Of a stretch of DNA of 64,000 nucleotides, positions 37,376-49,907 are shown in pieces. The stretch is from Felis catus. Lineage: Eukaryota. The DNA lies in assembly GCF_018350175.1 (NCBI RefSeq), contig NC_058368.1, forward strand, positions 234,238,001-234,302,000, written 5' to 3'. The first letter of the stretch is position 1. Every line of letters starts with the position of its first letter. The notes under the pieces are model-generated. The model ran no database searches. It was not told the origin of the DNA and was given only the letters and a program-made list of their open reading frames with translations. Both the position numbers and the translations under genes were made by a program.

Positions 37376-40300
37376 GGAGAACGGCCACGCCAGATTCTCA
37401 GAGCACCGACACCTGAAGTTCATGCTCCATCCATCTACCCGGCCCCCCGCAGAGCCCTGAAGCAACGGGCCCTGGAGGAGTAATTCGGTCGGGCTTGTGG
37501 GGGGTGGGGAAGAGGCAGAGCCCAGTGTGTGGGGATCCACACGTCAGGCTCCCAGCGAAGTCACCACCCACAGTGCAGCCCGCCTGCACCCCCGACACCA
37601 GCTGCCCTGCAGCAGGAGCGAAGTGGCTCTGCTCTGGGCACGAGGGTTCCTGGCACTTCCTTGCGAGTCATAGCCAGCACGGTGCCTTACATAACCCACG
37701 GAGCTGCTTTCTTAAAGTTCAAAGTCTAAATGGACCTGACACCAAGAAATTTAGCACAAATTTGGTGAAGATCCGTAAGTCTCTCTTGCTCGAGGCAGGG
37801 CTCCACACACCATGCCCAAGATTCCCGAGCTGGCGGCTCCCACCCAAATATACCACCTCCGCCGAAACCCAGCTAGGCGACGTCTGGGCCCCTTCCCGGG
37901 AAGGGAGGGGCCGGCGCTGTCCTCAGACACCGTCTCGGGGTGTTCCCTACCTGCCGCCAGCAACACGCTTGCACCCTCATAGGGTGTGGGCCCCCCCACC
38001 CCTGACCGGGAGCCACGTTCTCTCGCAGACCTGAGGACACAGCCATCAGGTTTGGAACTGAGACTCTTGCAAAGCCATTGGCTAATAATAATGATGATGA
38101 TAATGTTACCAAAGTCTAGACCCCACTGAGAAACTACCCAGAGATTAGTGGCAGCATGTGGGTTTGGAGTCAGATCTTTTGGGTTACGAAGATGGTGCAT
38201 TTTCATGAATGTTCCACTGCTTTCTACATCATCTTTCATTAGAACTTTAAGAGACTGAAGATTCAGTTAACAGTGTCTTATTTAACTCATTCATTCCTTC
38301 CTTCTCCAACCGGCTTTCAATGAGCACCCACTGCACACGAAGCACTAAGGTGTTGGGGGTCACTGGACATAACAGCACCTACGTTTACCCCCTCAATTTG
38401 GAAAGAGACTACTGAACTGGGAGAGAGGGCCAGGAGTCAGGCTGACGATGAAAACACCAACCTGAGCACTGGGAAGGCTGGAGGAAGCAGGTGCGTCAGG
38501 AGAGGAGGTCGGGAACTCTCTGAGCCTCTCCTGAGCAGAACTTAGCCCAGATATGCAGGCCCGCCCTTGCAGGACGTACCCCCCACCCCCCACCCCACGG
38601 AGGAGCAGTGGAGGAGAGACCTTCTCTGCAGATCCCAAGGAGACAGAAAGCCAAGGCCAGGGGCTGAGGCATGCCCAAGGCCTCCCCTCCTCCCGGGGAT
38701 GAGTCCGAGCCAGGAGGGAGCAGAGACACGAGGGGCGCTCACCAATGGAAGCTCCTCCAGGAGAGAGGGAAGGAGGCCGGGCACTCTCAACAGGCACTGT
38801 GTGGTCAGGGTCCGGGTGAGGCTTTCCCCCGGCCCCGTCCCAGCCCCCACAGCCGGGGCCTTGCCGGGAAAGCCACTACCTCCTCTCTATCCTCCCTGCT
38901 CAGTCCATCTCATTTGCAAGCATCCTTCCTCTGACTGCTGCCCTCAGCCCGCCCCCTTGCTTCTGTCTCCAGCAACGCTTCAGTCCTCCGACCCCTGCTT
39001 CCTCCGTGTCCAGTAAATGCCGGGACCCATTATTCCCACTCCACGGAGGCGTGCTCACTTCGTCAAAGTCACAAAACCGCAAGCAGGGTCCAACACGCCG
39101 GGTGTGTTCGGCGCCTCCACTCGCAGGGCTGAGTGTGGCAGGTCTCCCTGGCATCGGGCAAGCCTGCAATCCACCTGCTTTCCCGGCCTGCCCACGAGCT
39201 CAGCCCCCCGCAGGCTCCCTCCTCCTGACACTTCAGCCGAAGTTCTCGCTTGCTTATTTATTGTTGTTTGCCTGTCCTCCCCGCCTCCCCCCACCCAAAC
39301 TGGGGTCTCTATGGCTACCAGACAACAGGGAAGCATGCCCCAGGTGCGAACAACCCCACAGCTAAGTTTGTGGTCAGACAGGGAATCTGTTCCATCGACA
39401 GTTAGTGAGGATGAGACCTGTGCTTCACACACAGGGCGGGATTCCATGTCCCCTCACACCGTTCCTTGCCTGCCCCAAACCATTCCCACCTGCCTCCCCA
39501 GCAACTGACCCCCAGTTTGCTTCAGCCACCAGGCAGAGGTCCCTTCATGGCAGAGAAGGCGGGATCGTCCCTGACAAGCCGGAAGCAGGTGACCGATGCT
39601 GGCCAAGGAGACGTGAGGGGAGTCTGCTGGCAGAAGAGTCTCTGAAATACCTTCTCCTCCCCTGTAAAAGAGTCTGCCAGGAGAAAGCCTCCCCAGTCCA
39701 GCTGATTTTGCTCCCCTTTCTGGGGGCTGATTTCAGGGTGTCATGGATTTGACTGTCAGGTAGCTCTCGGGATGGTCATGTCAACCTGGAACCTAGGCGT
39801 GCAGGAAGCACGCACAGGGTACCTGCTGATCCGTGAGCCAGGCACAGTGGAGAGAGACGGGTGGGGCCCTGAACTAGCCCAGAGGGTGGAATCAGGAGCG
39901 CCGAGGTTGGCACTCTGGGCCACATCAGACCTCCCAGCCTCTGCCCGCACAGCCTCTTCCTCGTGCCTCACTTTCCCCGGGCAGCCTGCGCTGCACTGTG
40001 CCGCCATGCCATTGCTACCCCAGTCCGGGGCATCGAAATCCACTTGTCCAGACTAGACTGCCACGGATTGGGGGCACCGAGTCAGTGCCACACGCAGTCC
40101 CCATCCCTGCTCCCTGCCACCTCTCTGTGGCCATGCTGCCCTGAGACCGTACATGACGTTTGAAGCCTCAATTATGAACAGGGGCTTGAATTGTTATTTG
40201 CAGAGCCTATCAGTTTCAGTGCTAGCTTGCAGTGACCCTAAGTCACGCTCAACTGGATGCCTTGGTTCTGACACGGCGCTTGGGCTAGTCCCCTGGCAGA

Positions 40301-40444
40301 CCCAGGAGTGGGGAAGCAAGGGGGAGCAAGAGTTCTGCGGGTGCCAGGAAAGTGGGCCCTCAGCTAATGCAGGGGCTGAGGTGGAAAAGACCAGGAGGTG
40401 TTTCTGGGCAAATTAAAACAGGCTTTCTTTCCCACTTAGCACTT

Positions 40445-40604
40445 GTTTTCCTCTGAAAGCCTGTGTCTCAGCCTTTGGGGGTGCAACACCACACAGTAGC
40501 TGTCACAACCGCTCAGCTCCATCACTGTGTCGTGAAAACAGCCCAAGACAATATGTAAGCAATAGGGTTGCGTTCCAGTACCAGCATATTTATAAAAACA
40601 GGCA
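40445..40604. mobile_element. MER58A-like relic truncated at the SINE insertion
   Basis: ctgtcacaaccgctcagctc...gtgaaaacagcccaagacaatatgtaa...gttcca...tatttataaaaacaggca. Confidence 0.65.
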
Positions 40605-40821
40605 GGGGCGCCTGGGTGGCTCAGCTGGTTGAGCGTCTGGCTTCGGCTCAGGTCGTGATCTCTCAGTTCTTGAGTTTGAGCCCCGCGTCAGGCCTTGGGC
40701 TGACAGCTCGGAGCCTGGAAACTGCTCTGGATTCTGTGTCTCCCTCTCTCTCTGCCCCTCCCCTGCTCACATTCTGTCCCTGTCTCTCTCTCTCTCTCCC
40801 TCTTTCTCAAAAAATAAATAA
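40605..40821 (+). mobile_element. Can-SINE whose tail hosts the L1
   Basis: Head ggggcgcctgggtggctcag; short tail directly followed by the L1 5' end. Confidence 0.95.
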
Positions 40822-42526
40822 TCATGGGAGGAGCCAAGATGGCCGAATGGCATGGAAGTTTTTTGCGTGACTCGCATCCGTGAAATACGGCCAGACCAAC
40901 ACTAAACCATCCTGCACACCTAGAAAACGGATCTGAGGATTAACACAACAATCCGCACAAACTGAACCACAGAATTCAGCAGGTACGCGGCGCGGAGAGC
41001 TGAACTCGGGGAGCGAGAAGGTGCAGGAAGGGAGGTGCTTCTGTGAGCGGAGAGAGGACAGAGACTGGGGGGGGGGGGCGGGGGAGAATACGGGAAAAGC
41101 ACTCCCCCCAAAAGCAGCTGGAGAGAAAGTGGAAAAGTGGAAACAGCCGCAGGGACTGAACTAAAACGGGAGAAAGGAGAAGGGAGAAAGGCGAGGGTTT
41201 AAATTCCATCAAGACTGTGAACAAGGGGAGCGCAAAGGCTGCAGCTCCGCAGCTCCCTACCTGGCGGTGCTCTGGTGGGAAGGGCGAGTCCCCGGGAGCC
41301 GAGTGGGGTCCGGGAGGTTCTCGGGCCACACGGGGAGAAGCGGTTCCACTGCCGGAAGGACAGTTGGTGGAAACTGTTGAAGCCCCCCCCCCGTCCCGGC
41401 AGACCCGGGAAGGTGGCCGTGTTCGCTGGTACTGGAACAAGGTCGTTGAGGGTGAAGCCTGGTGCCAGGTGTGTGTGGCGATTTTCCATCATCCCTGAAA
41501 AGCTGCTGCTACGCTGTCTCGCGAACTTTTTCGGGGGGTGGCTGGCACCCGGCCACAGTCTCGGGGCACCGGCAGCAGCAGGGTCCCGCGGGTGTTCCTG
41601 GGTGCAGCGGACATTCGGCCATTGCTCAGGGAGACCCTCCCGCAGAGGGGCGGAGCGGGTCAAGGCCGCGGTCCTTCAGGAGTAAGGGGCCAGGGAAAAC
41701 AGCAGCGTCTGAGACAAAACTCGGGAGAGAGGTGCTGCCGGGGGCCTGGTCACAGATGGTGAAAAAGAGGGGAGCGGACGAGAGCTGAAGACGGAGGACG
41801 GGTGCGCGATTGCTGACCCGGGAGAACAGACCGGGTGGCTGGGTGACGCCATTTTTACCATTCCCGCGCAGGCGCATACGCACCTACGAGCGCCGCAACA
41901 CTCCACCCCAGGAGTCTAACAGCGCCATCTGGTGGAGAGCGGAGCCGTTACACTGAGCCCCGCCCAAATAGGCCAACCTCGCTCTTCAAGAGCAGAAGTC
42001 TCACCGCCCGCTTAGTTTACGGACTATAAAGCACTTCGTAGTTTGATTTCTAGGGAAAAACGAAGTAATTTCAGTTGTATTTCAGTCTGTTCGCCAATCC
42101 AGCTATTCAATTTTCTTTCTTTTATTTCTTTTTTCTTTATACTCTTTTTTGTTTCTTTTCTTTTTCTTGAATACAGAAAAAAATTCATTTTTATTTTCAA
42201 TTTTTATTAAAATATTTAAAATTTTTTTTCTACTATATTTTTTACTTTTGTGTAAATTTTTTCAAATTCTATTTTACTTCCATCATTTCATTTTAGTCGA
42301 CTTCAGTGTATTCATTTTTTCAAATTTTCAAATGATTTCCTTTTTCTTTTTTTCCCCCTTTTTTCTCTAATCTATCAAGCCCCTTTCAGTACCCAGACTT
42401 AAACACACCTAGGATCTAGCATCATTTATTTGATTTTGAGTGTGTGTGTTTGTTTTTAATTATTTAATTTTAATGGTTTCTAATTTTAATTTTTTTTACC
42501 TTATTAATTCCTTTTCTCCTTTGAAA

Positions 42527-43384
42527 ATGACAAAACAAAGGAATTCATCCCAAAATAAAGAGCAGGAAGAAATGACAGCCAGGGACTTAACCAACACAGA
42601 TACAAGCAAGATGTCTGAACCAGAATTTAGAATCATGATAATAAGAATACTAACTGGAGTCCCTTTCTGGGGAGATAAAAGACATAAAAGCTAGTCAGGA
42701 TAAAATAAAAAATGCTATAACTGAGCTTCAATCTCCAATGGAGGCCACAGTGGCAAGGATGGATGAGGCAGAACAAAGAATCAGCAATACAGAGGACAAA
42801 CTTATGAAGAATAATGAAGCAGAAAAAAAGAGGGAAATTAAGGCAAAAGAGCACGATTTAAGAATTAGAGAAATCAGTGACTCCTTAAGAAGGAACAACC
42901 AGAATCATAGGGGTCCCAGAAGAGGAAGAGAGAGAAATAGGGGTAGAAGGGTTATGTGAGCAAATCATAGCAGAAAACTTTCCTAACCTGGGGAAAGACA
43001 CAGACATCAAAATCCAGGAACACAGAGGACCCCCATTAGATTCAACAAAAACCAACCATCAACAAGGCATATCATAGTCAAATTCACAAAATAGGCAAGG
43101 AGAGAATCATGAAAGCAGCGAGGGAAAAAAAGTCCTTAACCTACAAGGTAAGACAGTTCAGGTTTGCAGCAGACCTATCCACAGAAACTTGGTAGGCCAA
43201 AAAGGAGTGGCAGGACATATTCAATGTGCTGAATCAGAAAAATATGCAGCCAAGAATTCTCTATCCAGAAAGGCTGTCATTCAAAATAGAAGGAGAGATA
43301 AAAAGTTTCCCAGACAAACAAAAATTAAAGGAGTTTGTGACCACTAAACCAGCCCTGCAAGAAATTTTAAGGGGGACTCTCTGA
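42527..43384 (+). pseudogene. L1 ORF1p remnant (frameshifts, premature stop, internal deletion)
   Basis: MTKQRNSSQNKEQEEMTARDL..., ...ARMDEAEQRISNTEDK..., ending at ccctgcaagaaattttaagggggactctctga. Confidence 0.92.
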
Positions 43385-43404
43385 GGGGAAAAAAGATGAA
43401 AATA

Positions 43405-43411
43405 TAAATAA

Positions 43412-43446
<35 letters not shown>

Positions 43447-43449
43447 ATA
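43405..43449 (+). repeat. (TAAA)n in the L1 inter-ORF spacer
   Basis: Direct read. Confidence 0.9.
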
Positions 43450-43517
43450 CCAAAAGCAAGAAAGACTAGAAAGGACCAGAGAACACCACCAGAAACTCCA
43501 ACTCTACAAGCATCAAA

Positions 43518-46425
43518 ATGGCAATAAATTCATATCTTTCAGTACTCACTCTAAACGTCAATGGACTCAATGTTCCAACCAAAAGACATAGGGTAACAGA
43601 ATGGATAAGAAAACAAGATCCATCTATATGCTGTTTACAAGAGACCCACTTTAGACCTAAAGACACCTTCAGATTGAAAATAAGGGGATGGAGAACCATC
43701 TATCATGCTAATGGTCAACAAAAGGAAGCCGGAGTAGCCATACTTATATCAGACAATTTAGACTTTAAAAGAAAGACTGTATTAAGAGATGCAGAAGGGC
43801 ATTATATCATAATTAAGGGGCCTATAGACAAGAAGACCTAACAATTGTAAACATTTATGCGCCAAATGTGGCAGCACCCAAATATATAAATCAGTTCATC
43901 ACAAACATAAAGAAACTCATCGATAGTAATACCATAATAGTAGGACACTTCAACACCCCACTCACAGCAATGGACAGATCATCTAATCAAAAAATCAACA
44001 AGGAAACAATGGCTTTGAATGACACACTGGACCAGATGGACTTAACAGATATATTCAGGACATTTCATCCTAAAGCAGCAGAATATACGTTCTTCTCCAG
44101 CATACATGGAACGTTCTCCAGAATAGACCATATACTGGGACACAAATCAGCCCTAAATAAGTACAAAAAGATCAAGATCATACCGTGCATATTTTCAGAC
44201 CACCACGCTATGAAACTCAAAATCAACCACACGAAAAAATTTGGAAAGGTAAGAAATACTTGGAAACTGAAGAACATCCTACTAAAGAATGAATGGACTA
44301 ACCAAGCAGTTAAAGAGGAAATTAAAAAGTATATGGAAGTCAATGAAAATGATAGCACCACAACCCAAAACCTCTGGGACGCAGCAAAGGCAGTCATAAG
44401 AGGAAAGTATATAGCAATCCAGGCCTTCCTAAAGAAGGAAGAAAGATCTCAGATACACAACCTAACCTTACACCTTAAGGAGTGGAAAAAGAACAAAACC
44501 AGCAGAAGACATGAAATAATAGAGATTAGAGCAGAAATTAATGCTATTGAAATGAAAAAAAAACAACAACAACAAACAAACAGTAGAACGGGTCAATGAA
44601 ACCAGAAGCTGGTTCTCTGAAAGAATTAACAAAACTGATAAACCACTAGACAGTTTGATCAAAAAGAAAAAGGAAAGGACCCAAATAATAAAATCAAGAA
44701 TGAAAGAGGAGAGATCACAACCAACACAACAGAAATAAAAACAATAATAAGAGAATATTATGAGCAAGTATATGCCAATAAAATGGGCAATCTGGAAGAA
44801 ATGGACAAATTCCTAGAAACAAATTGACTGCCAAAACTGAAATAGGAAGAAATAGAAAACTTGAACAGACCTATAACCAGTAAAGAAATAGAATTAGTAA
44901 TCAAACATCTCCCAAAAAACAAGAGGCCCGGGCCAGATGGCTTTCCAGGGGAATTCTACCAAACATTTAAGGAAGAGTTAAACACCTATTCTCTTGAAAC
45001 TGTTCCAAAACATAGAAATGGAAGGAAAACTTCCAAACTCTTTCTATGAATCCAGCATTACCTTGATTCCAAAACCAGACAGAGACCCCACTAAAAAGGA
45101 GAACTATAGACCAATTTCCCTGATGAACATGGATGCAAAAATCCTCAACAAGATATTAGCCAATCGGATCCAACAATACATTTAAAAAAAATTATTCACC
45201 ACGACCAAGTGGGATTTATACCTGGGATGCAGGGCTGGTTCAATATCCGCAAAACAACCAATGTGATTCATCATATCAATAAAAGAAAGGACAAGAACCA
45301 TATGATCCTCTCAATAGATGCAGAGAAAGCATTTGACAAAATACAGCACCCTTTTTGGATAAAAACCCTCAAGAAAGTAGGGATAGAAGGAGCATACCTT
45401 GAGATCATGAAAGCCGTATACAAAAGACCCAATGCTAATATCATCCTCAATAGGGAAAAACTCATTGATAGTAACAGGGATGTCTACTCCTGCCACTGTT
45501 ATTCAACATAGTATTGGAAGTCTTAGCCTCTGCAATCAGACAACACAAAGAAATAAAAGACATCCAAACAGGCCAGGAGGAGGTCAAACTTTCACTCTTT
45601 GCAGATGACATGATACTCTATATGGAAAACCCAAAAGATTCCACCAAAAAACTGCCAGAATTGATTCATGAATTCAGCAAAGTTGCAGGATATAAAATCA
45701 ATGCACAGAAATTGGTTGCATTCCTATACACCAACAATGAAACAACAGAAAGAGAAATCAAGAAATCGATCCCATTTAAAATTGCACCAAAAACTATAAA
45801 ATACCTAGGAATAAATCTAACCAAAGAGGTGAAAAATCTATACACGGAAAACTATAGAAAGCTTATGAAAGAAATTGAAGACACAAAAAAATGGGAAAAG
45901 ATTCCATGCTCCTGGATAGGAAGAACAAATATTGTTAAAATGTTGATACTACCCAAAGCAATCTACATATTCAATGCAATCCCTAACAAAGTAACACCAG
46001 CATTGTTCACAGAGCTAGAACAAATAATCCTAAAATTTGTATGGAACCAGAAAAGACCCCGAATAGCCACAGCGATCTTGAAAAAGAAAACCAAAGTAGG
46101 AAGCATCACAACCCCAGACTTCAAGCTATACTACAAAGCTGTAATCATCAAGACAATATGGTACTGGCATAAAAACAGACACTCAGATCAATGGAACAGA
46201 ATAGAGAACTCAGAAGTGGACCCACAAATGTATGGCCAGCTCATCTTTGACAAGGCAGGAAAGAATCTCCAATGGAATAAAGACAGTCTCTTCAGCAAGT
46301 GGTGCTGGGAAAACTGGACAGCGACATGCAGAAGAATGAACCTGGACCACGTTCTTACACCATCCACAAAAAGAAACTCAAAATGGACGAAAGACCTCAA
46401 TGTAAGACAGGAAGCCATCAAAATC
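43518..46425 (+). pseudogene. L1 ORF2p (endonuclease/reverse transcriptase) remnant, fragmented and C-terminally truncated
   Basis: EN motifs TLNVNGLN, CCLQETH, GHFNTPL (canonical GDFN), RIDHILG, SDH; RT motifs [40 protein letters not shown]; split over several ORFs. Confidence 0.97.
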
Positions 46426-47859
46426 TGTGGGGGCAACAGTGCCGTGGGAGCGAGACAGCCCGTGGCCCAGAGGCAGTACCTGCTCTCAGTCTCTGATGCT
46501 CCTACAGCCCTTCGAATTTTTGTCCTTTGTAGTGGCTCATCACTTTCTGCTTGTTAGAATTCGTTGCCTGAGAGTTTCCCTATTCCAATAAGCACGTGGC
46601 TTTTGTCTCCCCACTGGACTCTGACACCAATCTGTTCAGGGTAAGTTACATTACAGCCAGTTACTCATTAATATGAATAAAATTTGTAACTAAATATTTG
46701 AAATTTGGCTACAAAACTGGCGGGAAGTTTCTGAAGGTTACTTCCAAGAAGCACTTTAGTGCTGAAGGTTAAACAAAACTTTGCCCCAAAATGTATTTTA
46801 AAAATGCCTTCCAAGAAGACGGCACCGATTCGCACTTTGACGGGTAGGAGACGTGAGGGTCCGTTAGGAAAGTGTGTGCAGAGATGTTGGGATTATGTAT
46901 CTTTGCCATATTGGTGGTGAGAATGGGGTCTCAGGAAAGGCGGGGTTTCATCTGATTTCTAGAGAGATTTCCGCTTTTCTGTGCTGACTGTTCCTTTACA
47001 AATCTGTTGTGGCTTCTTCGTCATATCGCCTTCCCTTCCCATGTTAGCTCATTAATTCACATGCACTGTCGTAACCGGTGGGTTTTGTCTTCTATTATCT
47101 TGTATGCTTTCGGGGATGCTGTCTCTTTGCGCTTTCTTTTTTTTGGTGTGGTGTAATACTTCTCAGACCTTTCCATCACGAGCTACCTGAAAGCACATCC
47201 ATTTTACGTTTATTCTCAAAAGAATGATCTTTACATTCGAAAAGGCAGACATCGGGCTGGAATGATGTGGCCAGGCTCACGTAAGCCAGGCCCCCGCCCC
47301 CCGGAAGATAAGAAGTAGGAGCTTCAGCCCCACCCCTACCGATGCTCCAAGGTTCCCGCGATGTCTGCGGACTGTCACCTGTGTGTCGTCCCACACAGTC
47401 TAGCCGGACTGGGCGATAAGGGGCCAGGTGGCAGTCAAAATCCCCAGGAGGGCAGAGAGCCAGGCTCGCGTGTTACACTCCAGGAACAGAGCGACAGGAG
47501 TCACGTTCAGGAGAATCGCCAGCACCCACGACAGGGGACTGGACACGGCCACAGAGGACAGTGTCTCCGGGGCACACGCACCAGGCAGCAGCACCCTGGG
47601 TCCCTTCTTCCGGCTCATCGTCTGGCGAACCTAGGCCACCGGCATCACGCACGGAAGGGGTTTGCCACGGCGCCCTGTCTACACGTTGAGTGACAGGGAA
47701 ACAGCCACCGTCAGCTCCTTCGTCAAGAAGAGACACATTCCAGGCTTGTCCCCAGATCTCCCTCTGCTGGGGTAGCAGGCTTGTCCTGTGAGCCAGGAAG
47801 CACCCCAGAGCTTTGTAAGGATGGACTGAAACTCCTCACCCAAATCCGCAGAGGCTAAA

Positions 47860-47975
47860 TACTGTGCTCACTTTACAGACAAGGAGTGCAGGTGGCACAG
47901 AGTGGTTTAGTAACCTGGCTGAGGTCACACAGGATACAAAGCAGGGCAGCTTTGTCTGCGGCCTGCGTTCTTTCC
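47860..47975 (-). mobile_element. MIR fragment
   Basis: ctcactttacagacaagga...gcacagagtggtttagtaacctggctgaggtcacacag. Confidence 0.6.
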
Positions 47976-48149
47976 CATCTGCACTCTCCAAAGGTCGATC
48001 ACGGTGACTTCACACTTGACATGACTTTGGTTTCGCCCAGCCCTTCTGATCACAAAACACTTCATGCTTCACGTGCTCAGCACAGAACACTTTACGTGCT
48101 CAGCAAAGGCTTGAAAAGTCGGTTAAAGAGGACTTCAGTGCGCTCCCTC

Positions 48150-49001
48150 CCTGGGACAGGATGGGTTCCTGTTACAGGTGCACGCCCCGCCCCCACTTGG
48201 CCCCGCCCATCTTGGCGCAGGTGCACAAGCCTGAAGTGCCTTCACCCCCAGGGGCCTGGTCGCAGGTACCGGGGGAGATGTGGTCCAAGAGAAGCACGCT
48301 GGAAGTCGGTCCCCGGTGCCACCAGCGTGTCACCAGGCCCGAGGCGAGCGTGCCCGGCCTGGGTCTGCTCCCCGCCCGCTGGGGCCAGGGGCTGGGGGCA
48401 GACCCTGGACCCCGGTAAATGAGAGCAGCGTCGCGGCGCCATCCATCCTCGTGGTTTTCGCTCCCGGCCACCCTGCTCCTGCCCATGGGGCTGGCGGGGC
48501 TGGTGTGGAAGCTTCGGGACAAGGGGCAGATGGAGGGCGCCACCTGCCCGGCAGCTGGGAGCAGGTCCCCCCATGCGGGAGGACTCCAGAAGGTGCGGAG
48601 CTGCCCGCCCACCCGGTCCCCTTCCTCTACCCCTCTCCCTCCTTTGCTGTGCGTTCTGGGGGGAAGGCGGAGACCTCTCTGGGCAGTCAGACCCAGCCTG
48701 CGCTCTAGAAAGGGAAGAAGGGGCTTCGGTGACTCCCTGAGGGCAACGGGCGGTGGGGCTGCTCACTCTTCATACACAAACATACTGTTGGTAGCGAGAT
48801 AAATAAAACCTTATGGCACGGAGGGAAAGCACGTAAGCGCATGGCTGTCCTTAACACTATGTGGTTTTGTTGCAGGAATAATACAAGAATACGTTCACAT
48901 GACTTAAAAAAATAAAGCATCCAGCCACGCCCACTGTCTGGGGTGGGGGAGGCATCCATGGTGGGCTGCGCCCGCCCCGTTCTGTTCTGTGCTTTGGGGG
49001 T

Positions 49002-49034
<33 letters not shown>

Positions 49035-49420
49035 GCACTAAACGCACCCTGGGTACTTTTCCTCGTCTCTAAGGGCCGGGAAGTATTTCCGGGGCTGGCT
49101 GCACCTCGGCTTATCTCACCACTGCCCCCTGGAGGCGCCTTTAGGTTGGTTCCAGGGTTTTCCAGTTTTCAGCGCAGGAGGATCGGCCACGGAACCGCCC
49201 CGGCCACTGGGTGGCGCCCTTGCTTCCTGGCTTTGGGAGGGGCAAGTCAGCCCCGGCGGAGGTGGCTCTGTTCCCCTCCCGGATCCACCCGGGGGGGGCG
49301 GCATCTGCGGGGAAAGACCTCCCGCCCTCTGCACTGAAGGCAGGGCCCTTGAAAGCTGCAGCCCAGCCCCCGGCCACCAGTCCCCTGCCCCCAGCGCTTC
49401 ACGCAGGCGTTTGCTCCGGC
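48150..49420. promoter_or_regulatory. CpG-rich segment with GC boxes and CTCF-like motifs (candidate promoter or insulator)
   Basis: Dense CpG; ccccgccc at 48185 and 48201; CTCF-like motifs at 49121-49136 (-) and 49202-49218 (+). Confidence 0.4.
49002..49038. repeat. (CA)n microsatellite
   Basis: Direct read. Confidence 0.95.
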
Positions 49421-49699
49421 TTCTTCCTGGACCCCCATTCCGTCAGATGGGTATTTCCTGTGTCTGTGCTCCACTCAACATTTGCCAACCTTTTAGTTTG
49501 TGAAAAGCTTTACCTCTCAAACAAACAAAGGGACACTCCTGGGAGGCTTTCACAAGTGATGCTGCGTTTACACACGCTGTACAGGAGTCCCAAGCAGGCC
49601 TACATTCCTGGCCCGAAGCCGCCTGTCGACTGGACACGTCAGCTTCATTTTCCGAAACTTATATGCTATAGCCGACAAGCATTGTTCTCTCTCTCTCTC

Positions 49700-49907
49700 T
49701 TTCAAATGTTTATTTATTTTTGAGAGAGAGCGAGAGAGCGAGCAGGGGAGGGGCACAGAGAGAGGGAGACCGAGAATCCCAAGCAGGCTCCAGGCTCCGA
49801 GGTGTCAGCACAGAGCCCGACATGGGGCTCGATCTCACGGACCATAGCATCCTGACCTGAGCTAGATCAACAGTCAGATGCTTAACCTGATCCCCCCCGG
49901 GTGCCCC
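49700..49907 (-). mobile_element. Can-SINE
   Basis: Reverse-complement body. Confidence 0.9.

Larger units (their letters stand above)
40826..46425 (+). mobile_element. LINE-1 (carnivore/feline type): 5'-intact, 3'-truncated, inactive
   Basis: Starts gggaggagccaagatggccg (YY1-type L1 5' end); ~1.7 kb 5' UTR that is CpG-rich then T-rich; ORF1 and ORF2 remnants; similarity stops abruptly at gaagccatcaaaatc; no 3' UTR, poly(A) or TSD. Confidence 0.97.

Noticed and set aside
43518..46557. Active or domesticated reverse transcriptase, or a novel fusion protein from the 347-aa ORF
   Set aside because: Multiple frameshifts and stops, an altered GDFN endonuclease motif and a missing C-terminus; the tail is read-through past a breakpoint
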